From assembly GCA_000146045.2 (NCBI GenBank), contig BK006936.2, positions 576,001 to 640,000 on the forward strand: a DNA stretch of 64,000 nucleotides, written 5' to 3'. Each line of letters starts with the position of its first letter. Position 1 is the first letter of the stretch. The notes beneath the pieces were generated by a model. The model saw only the letters and a list, made by a program, of their open reading frames with translations, ran no database searches and was not told where the DNA came from. This stretch comes from TPA_inf: Saccharomyces (lineage: Eukaryota). Shown here one piece after another: positions 1 to 10,546 of this stretch. The position numbers and the translations under genes were made by a program.

Positions 1-343
1 TTATATCCTTTGGTTACGTCTGTTACAGGTAAAAAAAAAAAAAAAAGGAAGTTTTAAGGGATATTTCCAAAATCTATATACAAGATTTCATAAATAAAAA
101 TCTCTAAACGGCAAAGTCCTTTGGTTTATATCAAGAGTACCTTAATATATACCAATTTGTAAAAGCGACTCCCAGTTATTGTTCCTTAAAACTCCTCGTA
201 TGATGTGATTTTTGGTAAGGGGACGTTCTAGAAACGTCTACTATTTTGGATGATTTACATAGTTTTAAAATAAAAAAGGCTCAATTTTACCTTCCGCGCA
301 TTTCTATTTTTTTAATCTAAAACCTCAAATCTTACAGTCTCTC

Positions 344-2086
344 CTAGCCGCTTTCCTGAAGGATCATGACTAACGTTTGCCAACCAGCCGATGAGACAAG
401 TTTTAGTAGAGATTCTTCCCATTCATTTTTCACAGCAGATTCTATTAGTAACTTCCATTCGTCTGGAGAGAGTATCTGCAGAGAATTTATGTATAATAGT
501 AAATGAAAGTTCGAGATTTTTTCATGCAAAAGATTGAAATCTCCACTTGAAGCCACATTGAATAAATACTTTTTTAATTCTTGATAATCTTGAGATTGCC
601 CCATAGCTTGTCGATTGCTCCATGGAAATCCGGTGGAACTAACGAATTTCGAGTTGGTTTCCGTATCGGTATTCGGGAACCCATGAGTCAGCGTCACTAA
701 AAGATAGTCTACCGGAAATGCAGGCTTCGCATTTTCCTTCACTGTTATACCATATTCATTCGACTTCATGTAAAATATCTCAGGTACATATCTTTCATCT
801 GTAGTGTCATTAATATATGCCATTGAAGGAAATGTGGACCCACTTATCATATCTGCAGTAACCAATGCTTCAGCTTCTGTGGATACTTGGTAGCTCGAAA
901 TATCAATTTCACCTTCCAAATTACCTGATATAACGCAAGTTACAAACTTGGAAGAAAAAAAACCTTGTTCGCTATACTTGCTTACATTAGGATGCCTTGT
1001 TTGATGCCTAGCAGCCATAATAACTTCTAATGATGAAAGAAAAAACGAATCCTTATGTCTTTTGCAAAAAACAGACCCATCCCCAGCTCCCGCGTCAGAT
1101 AAATCTGTAAATATTAGGCCAATTCGCGAAAGCCCCATTTCTTGAGCCTGTCTATCAATCTGTAGCATTTCATTCTTGACCTGTTCTACGTCCATGGTTA
1201 AACCGTCTTGCTCATCATGCTGAGGGGGCTCGTATATCGCCTCAACGACGGCCTTTATACCTAAAGGTGTGTTATCATACTTAGAATAAGATCCGTACAT
1301 ATAGCCAAATCTTTGCATACCCGTGTACCTCCACGCCTGAATAAATTCATTAATTATTTCACTCTTCTGAAATTCAACGTGGTCAACCATTCTAAATTCT
1401 TGCTGTTGTAATGTAATTGCCGATGGTTGACATTTAGAACATATCCCCCGAGGCCATGGTTCATGGCCATTATGGCAACGCTTATTGATTCTAAAATCAG
1501 GTTCTGAAAGAGGGGAAATATAAGAGCTGCCGTTCTCCTTCTTATTAGCATTTTCATTTAGCTTTTTAAGATATGAATGAAACGATATATGTTTGATCTT
1601 ATTCTTCTCATGATATTCTTTGTCCCAAGGAGGTAAAGGCGAGCAGTATTCACACATACCTCTATCACCGTGCTTGCATAGTTTTGATTTTTGACGAGGA
1701 ATTAATCCGTCCTCTTTCTCTAGTTCCTCATCTACAGCGAGTTCTTTGATCCTTAGTGGACCGTACCTGTGTTGACGAATTCCCTTGCTGTCAATACCTA
1801 CGGATCCGATTTCAACATTGACACCATCTTTCTCATTAGCGGGCTTGTCCGAATAGTTAAGGATCAGCATGTCACCGTGCTTTAGTCCTAGATCCATCAC
1901 TGTTCGATCAGCTAGTTCAGAAACAGCATGAATACCTTGACCGGGCTTCTCACAAACAGTAAATGTGTCGACATCGGCATTGGGGTCCAGATTACCCACC
2001 AACTTTTCAATGACCGTTCCGAAAAGGTCGTTTTCTTGACAAGAAACCCTGTGTGTACCGTTTTTTGATCTAAATCTGATAAGCAT
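344..2086 (-). CDS. NPL4: Npl4, Cdc48-Ufd1-Npl4 cofactor (nuclear protein localization 4), 580 aa
   Basis: Full-length 580-aa ORF; N-terminus MLIRFRSKNGTHRVSCQ and zinc-finger/MPN region recognised as yeast Npl4 (YBR170C); the whole window follows the chr II gene order. Confidence 0.93.
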   Translation of the reverse strand: MLIRFRSKNGTHRVSCQENDLFGTVIEKLVGNLDPNADVDTFTVCEKPGQGIHAVSELADRTVMDLGLKHGDMLILNYSDKPANEKDGVNVEIGSVGIDSKGIRQHRYGPLRIKELAVDEELEKEDGLIPRQKSKLCKHGDRGMCEYCSPLPPWDKEYHEKNKIKHISFHSYLKKLNENANKKENGSSYISPLSEPDFRINKRCHNGHEPWPRGICSKCQPSAITLQQQEFRMVDHVEFQKSEIINEFIQAWRYTGMQRFGYMYGSYSKYDNTPLGIKAVVEAIYEPPQHDEQDGLTMDVEQVKNEMLQIDRQAQEMGLSRIGLIFTDLSDAGAGDGSVFCKRHKDSFFLSSLEVIMAARHQTRHPNVSKYSEQGFFSSKFVTCVISGNLEGEIDISSYQVSTEAEALVTADMISGSTFPSMAYINDTTDERYVPEIFYMKSNEYGITVKENAKPAFPVDYLLVTLTHGFPNTDTETNSKFVSSTGFPWSNRQAMGQSQDYQELKKYLFNVASSGDFNLLHEKISNFHLLLYINSLQILSPDEWKLLIESAVKNEWEESLLKLVSSAGWQTLVMILQESG

Positions 2087-2153
2087 ACTTCACTTAAATG
2101 TATATCGATATCAGTAGTATAGGGAAATTTTTCTTCAGAGTACTGTCCTATTA

Positions 2154-2162
2154 TTTGCCACT
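2154..2162 (-). promoter_or_regulatory. PACE-like Rpn4 site (AGTGGCAAA in NPL4 orientation; canonical GGTGGCAAA)
   Basis: TTTGCCACT on the plus strand, 8/9 to PACE, ~70 bp upstream of the NPL4 ATG in the NPL4/SEC66 divergent promoter. Confidence 0.4.
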
Positions 2163-2363
2163 CTTCGTTCTGTATGTTACGAGGGCGTTCCTTAAAATGG
2201 GTAGACGCATCTTATTACCCGCCAAAAAACGTCAAAAGTTTTAGGAACACGTCTAAAAGTTGAAATAATATGTGAAAAAATTGATGAAATATTAATGAAA
2301 TGGCTTATTTAAACGAATTCAAGTACAGGAAAGAGGTACGCACAACTACTTGAGTTTGCCAAT

Positions 2364-2984
2364 ATGTCCGAATTTAATGAAACAAAATTCTCCAACAACG
2401 GGACGTTTTTTGAAACGGAAGAGCCAATTGTGGAGACGAAATCAATCTCCGTTTATACCCCACTCATATATGTCTTTATTCTGGTGGTGTCCCTTGTGAT
2501 GTTTGCTTCAAGCTACAGAAAGAAGCAGGCCAAAAAAATTAGTGAGCAACCATCCATATTTGACGAAAACGATGCCCATGATCTGTATTTCCAAATAAAG
2601 GAAATGAGTGAAAATGAAAAAATTCACGAGAAGGTGTTGAAGGCCGCTTTATTGAACAGAGGAGCAGAATCTGTTAGACGATCATTAAAGTTAAAAGAGT
2701 TGGCTCCTCAGATAAACCTTCTATATAAAAATGGCTCTATTGGGGAGGATTACTGGAAGAGATTTGAAACTGAAGTTAAATTAATTGAATTGGAATTTAA
2801 AGATACTTTACAAGAAGCTGAAAGATTGCAACCGGGCTGGGTTCAATTGTTCGTTATGGTTTGTAAAGAAATTTGCTTTAATCAAGCTCTCTCTAGACGT
2901 TATCAATCAATCTTGAAACGGAAAGAAGTGTGTATTAAAGAGTGGGAGCTGAAAATAAATAATGATGGAAGATTAGTCAATTAG
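2364..2984 (+). CDS. SEC66: Sec66/Sec71, Sec63-complex subunit for post-translational ER translocation, 206 aa
   Basis: 206-aa ORF with N-terminal signal-anchor segment (LIYVFILVVSLVMFASSY); length and sequence match YBR171W; divergent from NPL4. Confidence 0.9.
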   Translation: MSEFNETKFSNNGTFFETEEPIVETKSISVYTPLIYVFILVVSLVMFASSYRKKQAKKISEQPSIFDENDAHDLYFQIKEMSENEKIHEKVLKAALLNRGAESVRRSLKLKELAPQINLLYKNGSIGEDYWKRFETEVKLIELEFKDTLQEAERLQPGWVQLFVMVCKEICFNQALSRRYQSILKRKEVCIKEWELKINNDGRLVN

Positions 2985-3149
2985 TGCCTACTGTGTGCAA
3001 AGATATGTATTCGCTCGTTCAGTGTTTTTTTAAAAATATGTATAGAATTTGTCATTATCTGCGTTAAAAAATAGTTATAAAGTATATACAATAACAATAA
3101 ATGATAAAGAAATATGCAGTGAAAAGAAAAAATTATGAAGCTTTTCCTT

Positions 3150-5372
3150 TCAGTGTTTTCTACCCTTCTTCTTGCTCACTACTTGGAATTCCCAGCCGTC
3201 GTCATCATTGCCTGATAGAGCTAGCGCTTCATTCCAACTTAGTGGATCATCACCTTGTTTTTCGCACGCAACACGTCTTTTAATAAATTCAGTGGCAAAT
3301 CTTCTACCATCCATAACGTCACTATTGGCATAAATTGTTTCTTGAATCAATTCTTTAGATTCTGGCCCCGTAGGTAAACTCAATAATAGTTCTAAGACAT
3401 TGTTATTGGTTATTCCAGAATTTAATTTCATCTGTGATTTACACCATTTGATAAATTCTTGCCGGGGAGAAACATTGTTCATGCTAGCAAAGGTAGTGGT
3501 AGTAGAAGTTGTGCTAGTTTTTGCCGTTAATGAAGAATTTAAACTGGTATTGGTTTTTGAATATGGGGAGACAACGGTTCCTATAGGTGCTTTCCCTTTA
3601 GAAGTCACCGTAGTCCAAGAAGATGTGGTAGTAGATGCAGAGGATGTGGACTTTACTTGTTTGGAAGAACTCTGAACCTTTTCCCATAGTTTTTTCTGCT
3701 CTTCTATGAAATTTGGATCTTCCAACTCCTTTAACGGAGACGACTCTTTCATCCCTTTTGGGCTTTTTTGAAACTGAGATTTAATATCAATAGTTTGATT
3801 CGATGGTAGGCTGGACTTGTTAGCCCAGTTAAGCACGGATTTTAGTTCCTCCTTTTGCTTTTCTTCTTTGCTGTTCCTCTGTTGTAGACCTAAGGGTTCT
3901 CCTTTCTTCTTTCCAGTGCTACTTACACCATTTTTAATTGAAGTTTCGATTGCATTGTTAACTTTGACTTTTGAGGCCCATGGTGCCGGATTCGCGCTTG
4001 AGGAATTTAATGAAGGCAAATCTTTTGATGTCTTAAAGCCTTCTGTTTGTGTTTGTGTGTCCTTTTTTGTCTTTTCTGATTTTTTTTGCTTTTCTGCTTC
4101 CAAAGCTTCTTTTTCCTTTTGTTCCTTTTGTTCCTTTTGTTTCTTCAATAAATCATCCTCTTTTTGCTTTTGTTTCTTCGATAAGCGAGCTTCTTCCTTC
4201 CTTTTGAGTTCTCTGTTCCGTTTCTCTTGTTCATCCAATAACGCTTTTGCTACAGATTCGGATTTTTCCTTCTTCCCTTTTTCCAGCATAGTGGTCGATT
4301 TGTATTCTTGCTTGTGAGATTCATCTGTTTGACTAATGGTGGTTGCTGAGGCTAATTTAATATCGACTCCCTTGGAGGTGGTACCTCCATCCATATCCCA
4401 GATATTGTCATGTGTCAATGGCTTGAAAATATCGTTTTCAGTAGCTTTAATAGTGCCAGTAGCGGCAACACCGCTTGCGTAAGGAGCTAGATTCAAGTTG
4501 ATAGAATCAGAGCTGGTTGTTTGAACGTGAAGTTTGTCAAAAGTAGTGAATGGATCCGTATCATACTTCTCGAGTTTAGTCATTAACTCACCAAGTGTGA
4601 TGAAAATATCGTTTATTCCTAGCGTTTCTGGAGTGCTTCCCAATCTTGAAATCTGAAGGGTTGAAGCAAAATAGCCACCTATGTACCATTGTGACATCAT
4701 TTGGGTAGTAAATGGACCATGAATCTGTCCCTGCGTGTCTATGTACCTCCAACTGGATTCAACTGAAACTGGTGCTGGGAGTTGTGACATTCCGTTCATG
4801 CTCATATTAGGAGGAATATCAGAGGACGGAAACAAATTGACATGAGATTGGGCAGCAGTTGGTGTACTTAATGGAGTAATATCTACCGCCAATGAATGTG
4901 TACTCAGATTCACTCCAAGATTAGCAGCATAACTAAAGGAGGAGGAGGACTCGTTTCTTTGCAATAGTGGATGCTGCTGAACAGGCGTACTAACCCGTGA
5001 TTCAGGATGGTCGCCGTGCCAAAAAGAGGAACTCATTACTCCCGAACTTTGAGGAATAAAAGGCTCTTTCATAGAAGAAAATGGTGACGCAGCACGCTGT
5101 ATACCAATAGAATCGATTAAGGAAGACGTCCTACTGAGTGGATGTCGACCTCCTAAAAGAGGTGTATTGGATCTAAACGTCGATCCAGGGACTGTATTCA
5201 CGCTTGCAGCAACAGCACCGTTTGTATTGTTATTAACGCTCGCAGGGGAGGAATCCAGGATAGTAGAAACACCGTGTGTGTTATTGTTTTCTGTATCGAC
5301 TGAATCTAGTTTTAAGTCCTTAAACTGTTCATCAAAGGAACCGAATAATCTTTGCGAGTCTGGTGCTATCAT
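3150..5372 (-). CDS. SMY2: Smy2, GYF-domain protein, 740 aa
   Basis: GYF motif seen (WRYIDTQGQIHGPFTTQMMSQWYIGGYF); track ORF is 791 aa but the ATG at 5370-5372 (MIAPDSQRLFGSF...) gives exactly 740 aa, the known Smy2 length. Confidence 0.85.
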   Translation of the reverse strand: MIAPDSQRLFGSFDEQFKDLKLDSVDTENNNTHGVSTILDSSPASVNNNTNGAVAASVNTVPGSTFRSNTPLLGGRHPLSRTSSLIDSIGIQRAASPFSSMKEPFIPQSSGVMSSSFWHGDHPESRVSTPVQQHPLLQRNESSSSFSYAANLGVNLSTHSLAVDITPLSTPTAAQSHVNLFPSSDIPPNMSMNGMSQLPAPVSVESSWRYIDTQGQIHGPFTTQMMSQWYIGGYFASTLQISRLGSTPETLGINDIFITLGELMTKLEKYDTDPFTTFDKLHVQTTSSDSINLNLAPYASGVAATGTIKATENDIFKPLTHDNIWDMDGGTTSKGVDIKLASATTISQTDESHKQEYKSTTMLEKGKKEKSESVAKALLDEQEKRNRELKRKEEARLSKKQKQKEDDLLKKQKEQKEQKEKEALEAEKQKKSEKTKKDTQTQTEGFKTSKDLPSLNSSSANPAPWASKVKVNNAIETSIKNGVSSTGKKKGEPLGLQQRNSKEEKQKEELKSVLNWANKSSLPSNQTIDIKSQFQKSPKGMKESSPLKELEDPNFIEEQKKLWEKVQSSSKQVKSTSSASTTTSSWTTVTSKGKAPIGTVVSPYSKTNTSLNSSLTAKTSTTSTTTTFASMNNVSPRQEFIKWCKSQMKLNSGITNNNVLELLLSLPTGPESKELIQETIYANSDVMDGRRFATEFIKRRVACEKQGDDPLSWNEALALSGNDDDGWEFQVVSKKKGRKH

Positions 5373-5725
5373 TATTGATGTGGGCTGAGAAGTTGAGTAT
5401 ATAGGGGAGGAGGAAGGAAGGTAAAAGCTCAAGGAGTACGAATGGAAATGATGAACTCGAAGAGACCACTGAACTGCGTGTGTGGGTATTTGTAGTATTG
5501 TGAAAAGTTCCAAAAGGCCCATCAAATCAAATCAACCTATAAGTGGAAATATGAAAAATTTTTTTTTTTTTCAGTGCGACTGAAAAAAAGGCATAGGGTA
5601 ATTGCGGACTATATAGGACACTAAAAATATAGTGTGGCACAACTATGTAGTATAAGTATTACGGCACTAATCTAATCTTTTCAATGGTTTACGTGACAGA
5701 TGTATAAAGAAATTGAGAGCAATTT

Positions 5726-6172
5726 TTAAATGCCTAATTGTTTTTCGATTTTGCTGTGGACGTCATCACCTACCATGGTGCTGGCTTGTAGGCCAGTACC
5801 AGGGTAGACGTCCTCCCAATCGATGCTGCACTCTTTGTTCAGTAGTATGTCACGGTGTATACTACCGTTTGTTGAAAGGGGGTTGAAGTCGGTACGATTG
5901 ACGATTTCCATTTCCATCGTCCTTTTCATTGGTTCGGCAATGCCAAATATTTGTCGATACTGTTCCATTTGTCTTTGGCGCTGTGTGGTTTCCCAGTTCT
6001 TCAATGTTGATTCTAATGGATGTCTGTCATTCAATTGTGTGGAAAGAGGTACTGCACCGCCTTCTTGCTGGCGTAATGTGTCTGGCAAGGAGGGCACTGC
6101 AGATGAAAGAACACTTTTGTCTTGATCTGTAGAGACTTGAGATTTAAAGGTATCTTGTGGGACGATATTCAT
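5726..6172 (-). CDS. UMP1: Ump1, 20S proteasome maturation factor, 148 aa
   Basis: 148-aa ORF MNIVPQDTFKSQVSTDQDK...; matches YBR173C by size and sequence. Confidence 0.9.
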   Translation of the reverse strand: MNIVPQDTFKSQVSTDQDKSVLSSAVPSLPDTLRQQEGGAVPLSTQLNDRHPLESTLKNWETTQRQRQMEQYRQIFGIAEPMKRTMEMEIVNRTDFNPLSTNGSIHRDILLNKECSIDWEDVYPGTGLQASTMVGDDVHSKIEKQLGI

Positions 6173-6276
6173 AGTTGGTATGCAGGCTGTTTCTGGTCTT
6201 GTCTATTTAATACTCATTCCCTCTCCAGTGAGCAGGAAACTACATAATATACTTTAATAACCTCAGGTAGGATAAA

Positions 6277-6285
6277 ATTGCCACT
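6277..6285 (-). promoter_or_regulatory. PACE-like Rpn4 site (AGTGGCAAT in UMP1 orientation)
   Basis: ATTGCCACT on the plus strand, 7/9 to PACE with an intact GTGGCAA core, ~105 bp upstream of the UMP1 ATG. Confidence 0.3.
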
Positions 6286-6407
6286 GCATGGTTACCCGAG
6301 GAGTGAAAAAAGCAAGACCATAAGAAATGCTTGTGCATCACTGGCGGTAGATATTGGAAAGTTTGAGCGTAGGCTCATTCATTTGCAAGTGGCCATTATA
6401 TGCTAAC

Positions 6408-7355
6408 ATGTTCCAGTTTGTTACTCCTGTGGGAACACAGAATGGATTGAAAGCTACTTGTGCGAAAATATCTCCTGATGGGCAGTTTCTTGCTATAACA
6501 CAAGGACTTAACATCCTGATATACGACATTAACAGACGAACTGTATCACAAACACTAGTCACATCACATGCCAGGCCTTTCTCAGAGTTATGCTGGTCTC
6601 CAGATGGACAGTGCATAGCTACTGCATCGGATGATTTTTCTGTGGAAATCATTCATTTATCTTATGGGCTGCTGCACACTTTTATCGGCCATACAGCGCC
6701 AGTGATATCTCTGACATTCAATAGAAAGGGGAACTTGCTGTTTACATCCTCAATGGACGAAAGTATCAAAATATGGGACACACTGAACGGGTCTTTGATG
6801 AAAACAATATCTGCACACTCAGAAGCAGTTGTGTCGGTGGACGTACCCATGAATGATTCATCCATTCTGAGTTCAGGTTCATATGACGGGCTCATACGGA
6901 TCTTTGATGCAGAGACGGGCCATTGTTTGAAGACATTGACCTATGACAAGGATTGGAAAAGAGAAAATGGTGTGGTACCCATCTCCCAAGTTAAGTTTTC
7001 TGAGAATGCAAGATATCTCCTGGTGAAATCGCTGGACGGTGTAGTGAAAATATGGGATTGCATCGGGGGTTGTGTAGTTCGTACTTTCCAGGTTCAGCCT
7101 CTTGAAAAGGGCGTACTGCATCATTCCTGCGGTATGGACTTCTTAAATCCTGAAGATGGATCCACTCCTTTGGTGATCAGCGGTTATGAAAATGGCGATA
7201 TATATTGTTGGAATTCTGATACAAAAAGCCTCTTACAGTTGCTCGATGGTTCTTTATATCACCACAGCAGCCCTGTAATGAGCATACATTGCTTCGGTAA
7301 TATAATGTGTTCCCTTGCATTGAATGGAGATTGCTGTTTATGGAGATGGGTTTAA
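6408..7355 (+). CDS. SWD3: Swd3, WD40 subunit of COMPASS (Set1 complex), 315 aa
   Basis: WD40 repeats throughout; ATG at 6408 (MFQFVTPVGTQ) gives 315 aa, the known Swd3 length; the track ORF's 18-codon 5' extension is rejected. Confidence 0.88.
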   Translation: MFQFVTPVGTQNGLKATCAKISPDGQFLAITQGLNILIYDINRRTVSQTLVTSHARPFSELCWSPDGQCIATASDDFSVEIIHLSYGLLHTFIGHTAPVISLTFNRKGNLLFTSSMDESIKIWDTLNGSLMKTISAHSEAVVSVDVPMNDSSILSSGSYDGLIRIFDAETGHCLKTLTYDKDWKRENGVVPISQVKFSENARYLLVKSLDGVVKIWDCIGGCVVRTFQVQPLEKGVLHHSCGMDFLNPEDGSTPLVISGYENGDIYCWNSDTKSLLQLLDGSLYHHSSPVMSIHCFGNIMCSLALNGDCCLWRWV

Positions 7356-7719
7356 AGAATCTGCGTTATGTACACGACAGACATTCCCTTAAGGTGTAAC
7401 ACAAGAGTATATATAGATATATTATAGACGTTTAAAAGTTTTAAGGGATCGGATTTTCAGCCAGATATTTTTTACTTTATTCTAATTTTTTTTTTTATTT
7501 TTCACTGCTGCTGTCTTGCGTGATGAGTAAGATATCCTAAAAAACTACTAAGGGAAGTTCGGGCAGCTTTCAACATTAAGTGTTCACATCTCGAAGAACT
7601 CGCGCCTTAAACCAGCCTATACAAAAGCTTAGTACAGATTACCTACTGCATTGATAGCTAGCATCTGTCTTGTTAATAAATTAGCTTGCCATAAAATTAG
7701 GGAAATTTTTACTCACAAT

Positions 7720-8658
7720 ATGAATATAATGAAAAGACAATTATGCACCTCCTCTAAGCGATTTTTTTCTACAGCAAAAAACGTTGTCAAATATAATACG
7801 ATTCAGGATATCAGGAACAAATATTTTACTGGTACGCCTTTGTCGATGTGTACTGCGTATGACTTCATTACTGCAACATGGGTTAACAAGGCTAATTGTG
7901 ATTTACTCTTAGTCGGAGATTCTTTGGCGATGACTTCATTGGGGTACGATAGCACAATTACACTATCCTTGAATGAGTTTAAATATCATGTTGCCTCTGT
8001 GTGCAGAGCTGAAGGTTCTTCCATGGTAGTGGTAGACATGCCATTCGGTACGTTTGAATCGGGCATATCTGATGGCTTGAAGAATGCCATAGATATCATG
8101 AAATTGGACAGTAAAGTCACCTCAGTCAAAGTTGAAGTCGGTTCTTACACCAAAGACAAATATGCAATGAAATTTATTGAAGAACTGTGCTCCCGGGGTA
8201 TACCTGTTATGGCTCATATAGGACTAACTCCCCAAAAAGTTCATTCACTTGGAGGTTATAAAGTGCAAGGTAGCAAAAGTCTATTACAAATGCAGGAGCT
8301 GTATGAAACCGCCATGCAACTACAAAAAATTGGCTGTTGGTCTATCCTGATTGAATGTGTCCCCCATAAGATGGCTCAGTTCATAACATCTAAACTCTCA
8401 GTACCAACAATAGGTATCGGTGCAGGTAACGGTACCAGTGGACAAGTTCTAGTTATATCTGACCTTCTCGGGATGCAAGGCGATTCTGTCCCAAAATTTG
8501 TGAAGCAAGCTGTAAATATGACAGATATTGCCACTCAGGGCTTGAAGGAGTACATTGCAAGTGTAGAGGATAGGACATTTCCTGAGAGAGGTACTCATAC
8601 TTTCAAAGTTAAGGAGGACTTATGGAATGAATTCCTCTCTTCAATTAACGAAAAGTAA
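7720..8658 (+). CDS. ECM31: Ecm31, ketopantoate hydroxymethyltransferase (pantothenate biosynthesis), 312 aa
   Basis: PanB-family sequence (LLVGDSLAMT..., MPFGTFE...); ATG at 7720 (MNIMKRQL, mito-presequence-like) gives 312 aa = YBR176W. Confidence 0.88.
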   Translation: MNIMKRQLCTSSKRFFSTAKNVVKYNTIQDIRNKYFTGTPLSMCTAYDFITATWVNKANCDLLLVGDSLAMTSLGYDSTITLSLNEFKYHVASVCRAEGSSMVVVDMPFGTFESGISDGLKNAIDIMKLDSKVTSVKVEVGSYTKDKYAMKFIEELCSRGIPVMAHIGLTPQKVHSLGGYKVQGSKSLLQMQELYETAMQLQKIGCWSILIECVPHKMAQFITSKLSVPTIGIGAGNGTSGQVLVISDLLGMQGDSVPKFVKQAVNMTDIATQGLKEYIASVEDRTFPERGTHTFKVKEDLWNEFLSSINEK

Positions 8659-8806
8659 AATATATAGATAAAAATCACTGCATAGGGAAAAAAACTTTAA
8701 ATTTTAGGTATACTGAAGACAACAAAAAATACATAACTTAAAATAAAGGGGCATTGATCCAATGTTGTATAAATACATAGGAAAGTGGTTTGAAAATTGT
8801 GTGACA

Positions 8807-10162
8807 TCATACGACTAATTCATCAAACTTAGTGAAAAATTCTGCAATTGCCTTGGTAGCCCACGAGTTGTTGTCTTTATCTAGGTAAGCTAAATGACCA
8901 CCTAAATCGGTTCTACAATACAAAATACGAGGATTCTTTTCCACGATTGAGTATGGTTGATCTGGGCCGACAACAGGATCATCCCTGGAATTGATAACAA
9001 GGGTAGGAACCCGAATTGTATCAACTCTGTTTATTGAGCTGGCCGCTTTATAATACTCCATAGCATTTGGGAAGCCTAAAGCAGGCGCAGTGTACACTTC
9101 ATCAAATTCCCGGGTCGATTTAAAGCTCTTTGCCTTTATTAGATTTTCAGGCGTGAACATATAGAAAGATGGATTCTTGACTGTGGGAGGATGATCGGGG
9201 AGAGAGCCATTTGGAACTCCTAATTCACCCATATTAACCTGAACGGTTCTTGTTAAGAATTGCGCAATATTTTTGGAAAATAAAGTTCTTGACCACCAAT
9301 CCTGGCTCATCCTAATTGCTGAAAGGAGAAGATCCCAAGGATTGCACAAAGTAGCAGCTGCGGATAAAGGTGATTTATCGCCCTCTTCTCCCAGATAGTT
9401 TGCCAGCATCGTAGCACCAAAAGAGCATCCCACAGCGTATAGTTTTCTATCTGGATGTCTTTGCTTTTCTCTTTGCAAAAACTCGCGAATATCCATTGTG
9501 TGATAAGCTGTAAATAAATTTCTGGTGGTAATTTTGGAACGTGCACAACCTCTGGTATTTAGGACGACCACTTGAAATCTCCCACTGCGAGACAGGTTTT
9601 CAGCAAGAGATCTTATAATCGGCTCATGACTACCACCAGCAAGACCATGTAGAATAACTACTAGGGGTAGATCAACCTCCCGTAGTTCTTCCAACTCATT
9701 ATCTTTCAGGTACCTTGTACGTGGTTGTAAACGAGGCCATCCTTCTGGATGTGTCGCCTTCTCGTCTTTATCAAATTTTTTTTTATCAAAGCTCGTAGTA
9801 CTTTGATCGAATTCATAATCCTTTTTCCATGAATCTATGAGCCAGTCAGCGGTGCAAACTCCACCATCCGAGAATTTGACAATTTCCCTGCCGTAGAATA
9901 CAGGAAATTTCTTAGAGAAATCAGCAGCACCTAAGTACAAAGTTTGCAAAATACCTGTGAACAAGTAAGGACTCAATTTGAATTGGGCACCATTCTTCAA
10001 CGTTGGGACATATTTGTTAGCGAACTCGTCAAAATCAACTTGCTCCTTGTTGTCTTTTAAATGGAGTTTAATGGAACCATTTTCACCGACAATATGCGAA
10101 ACTGTACCATTGTATCCCCAATGGAATGGGTTGATTGCTGGCCATTTGGAAACTTCTGACAT
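8807..10162 (-). CDS. EHT1: Eht1, acyl-CoA:ethanol O-acyltransferase / alpha-beta hydrolase, 451 aa
   Basis: 451-aa ORF MSEVSKWPAINPFHWGYNG...; alpha/beta-hydrolase motifs (HGLAGGSHE, GCSFGA); matches YBR177C. Confidence 0.9.
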   Translation of the reverse strand: MSEVSKWPAINPFHWGYNGTVSHIVGENGSIKLHLKDNKEQVDFDEFANKYVPTLKNGAQFKLSPYLFTGILQTLYLGAADFSKKFPVFYGREIVKFSDGGVCTADWLIDSWKKDYEFDQSTTSFDKKKFDKDEKATHPEGWPRLQPRTRYLKDNELEELREVDLPLVVILHGLAGGSHEPIIRSLAENLSRSGRFQVVVLNTRGCARSKITTRNLFTAYHTMDIREFLQREKQRHPDRKLYAVGCSFGATMLANYLGEEGDKSPLSAAATLCNPWDLLLSAIRMSQDWWSRTLFSKNIAQFLTRTVQVNMGELGVPNGSLPDHPPTVKNPSFYMFTPENLIKAKSFKSTREFDEVYTAPALGFPNAMEYYKAASSINRVDTIRVPTLVINSRDDPVVGPDQPYSIVEKNPRILYCRTDLGGHLAYLDKDNNSWATKAIAEFFTKFDELVV

Positions 10163-10546
10163 ATCGGAAACTTTTATGAGCTTTGTTTTTTACGCAACTA
10201 CTATCAATGTAATAATAGAACTTAAAAAACTGCTCATATTAATAATAAACGGAGGAAATACTCGAGGAGCTATTACTTCCAGGGACATCCGATATCTGAC
10301 GCCTTTTAAAATCTGCACATGCGCAAGATTTAAAAAAAAAAAAGGATCTCGGAACCGGAACGAGATTGCTCATTTTTCGTTCCGTTTCCGCAGGTTTTGC
10401 AAATCATTAAGCAGATACACAAGGGTCCTTTTAATGTTTATGTAATTTCGTGCAAAGTGAAAAAAAAAATGGACCTGCTTGGAATAAAATAATAAGTAAC
10501 ATTATGTATATTGATTTGAAAAGACCTCATATATTTACAAGAATAT

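Noticed and set aside
3817-4317. 166-aa + strand ORF (with further ORFs at 3400..3675 and 5167..5388) antisense to SMY2
   Set aside because: Embedded in SMY2. The translation is a Phe/Ser/Cys-rich mirror of the SMY2 Lys/Glu-rich coiled-coil region, an antisense artefact.
6338-6652. 104-aa - strand ORF overlapping the SWD3 5' region (position of dubious YBR174C)
   Set aside because: It overlaps a well-supported WD40 gene on the opposite strand and has no motif. It is classed as dubious in the reference annotation to my knowledge.
9978-10445. 155-aa + strand ORF overlapping the EHT1 5' end (position of dubious YBR178W)
   Set aside because: Overlaps the EHT1 CDS and promoter, low complexity, starts within another gene.
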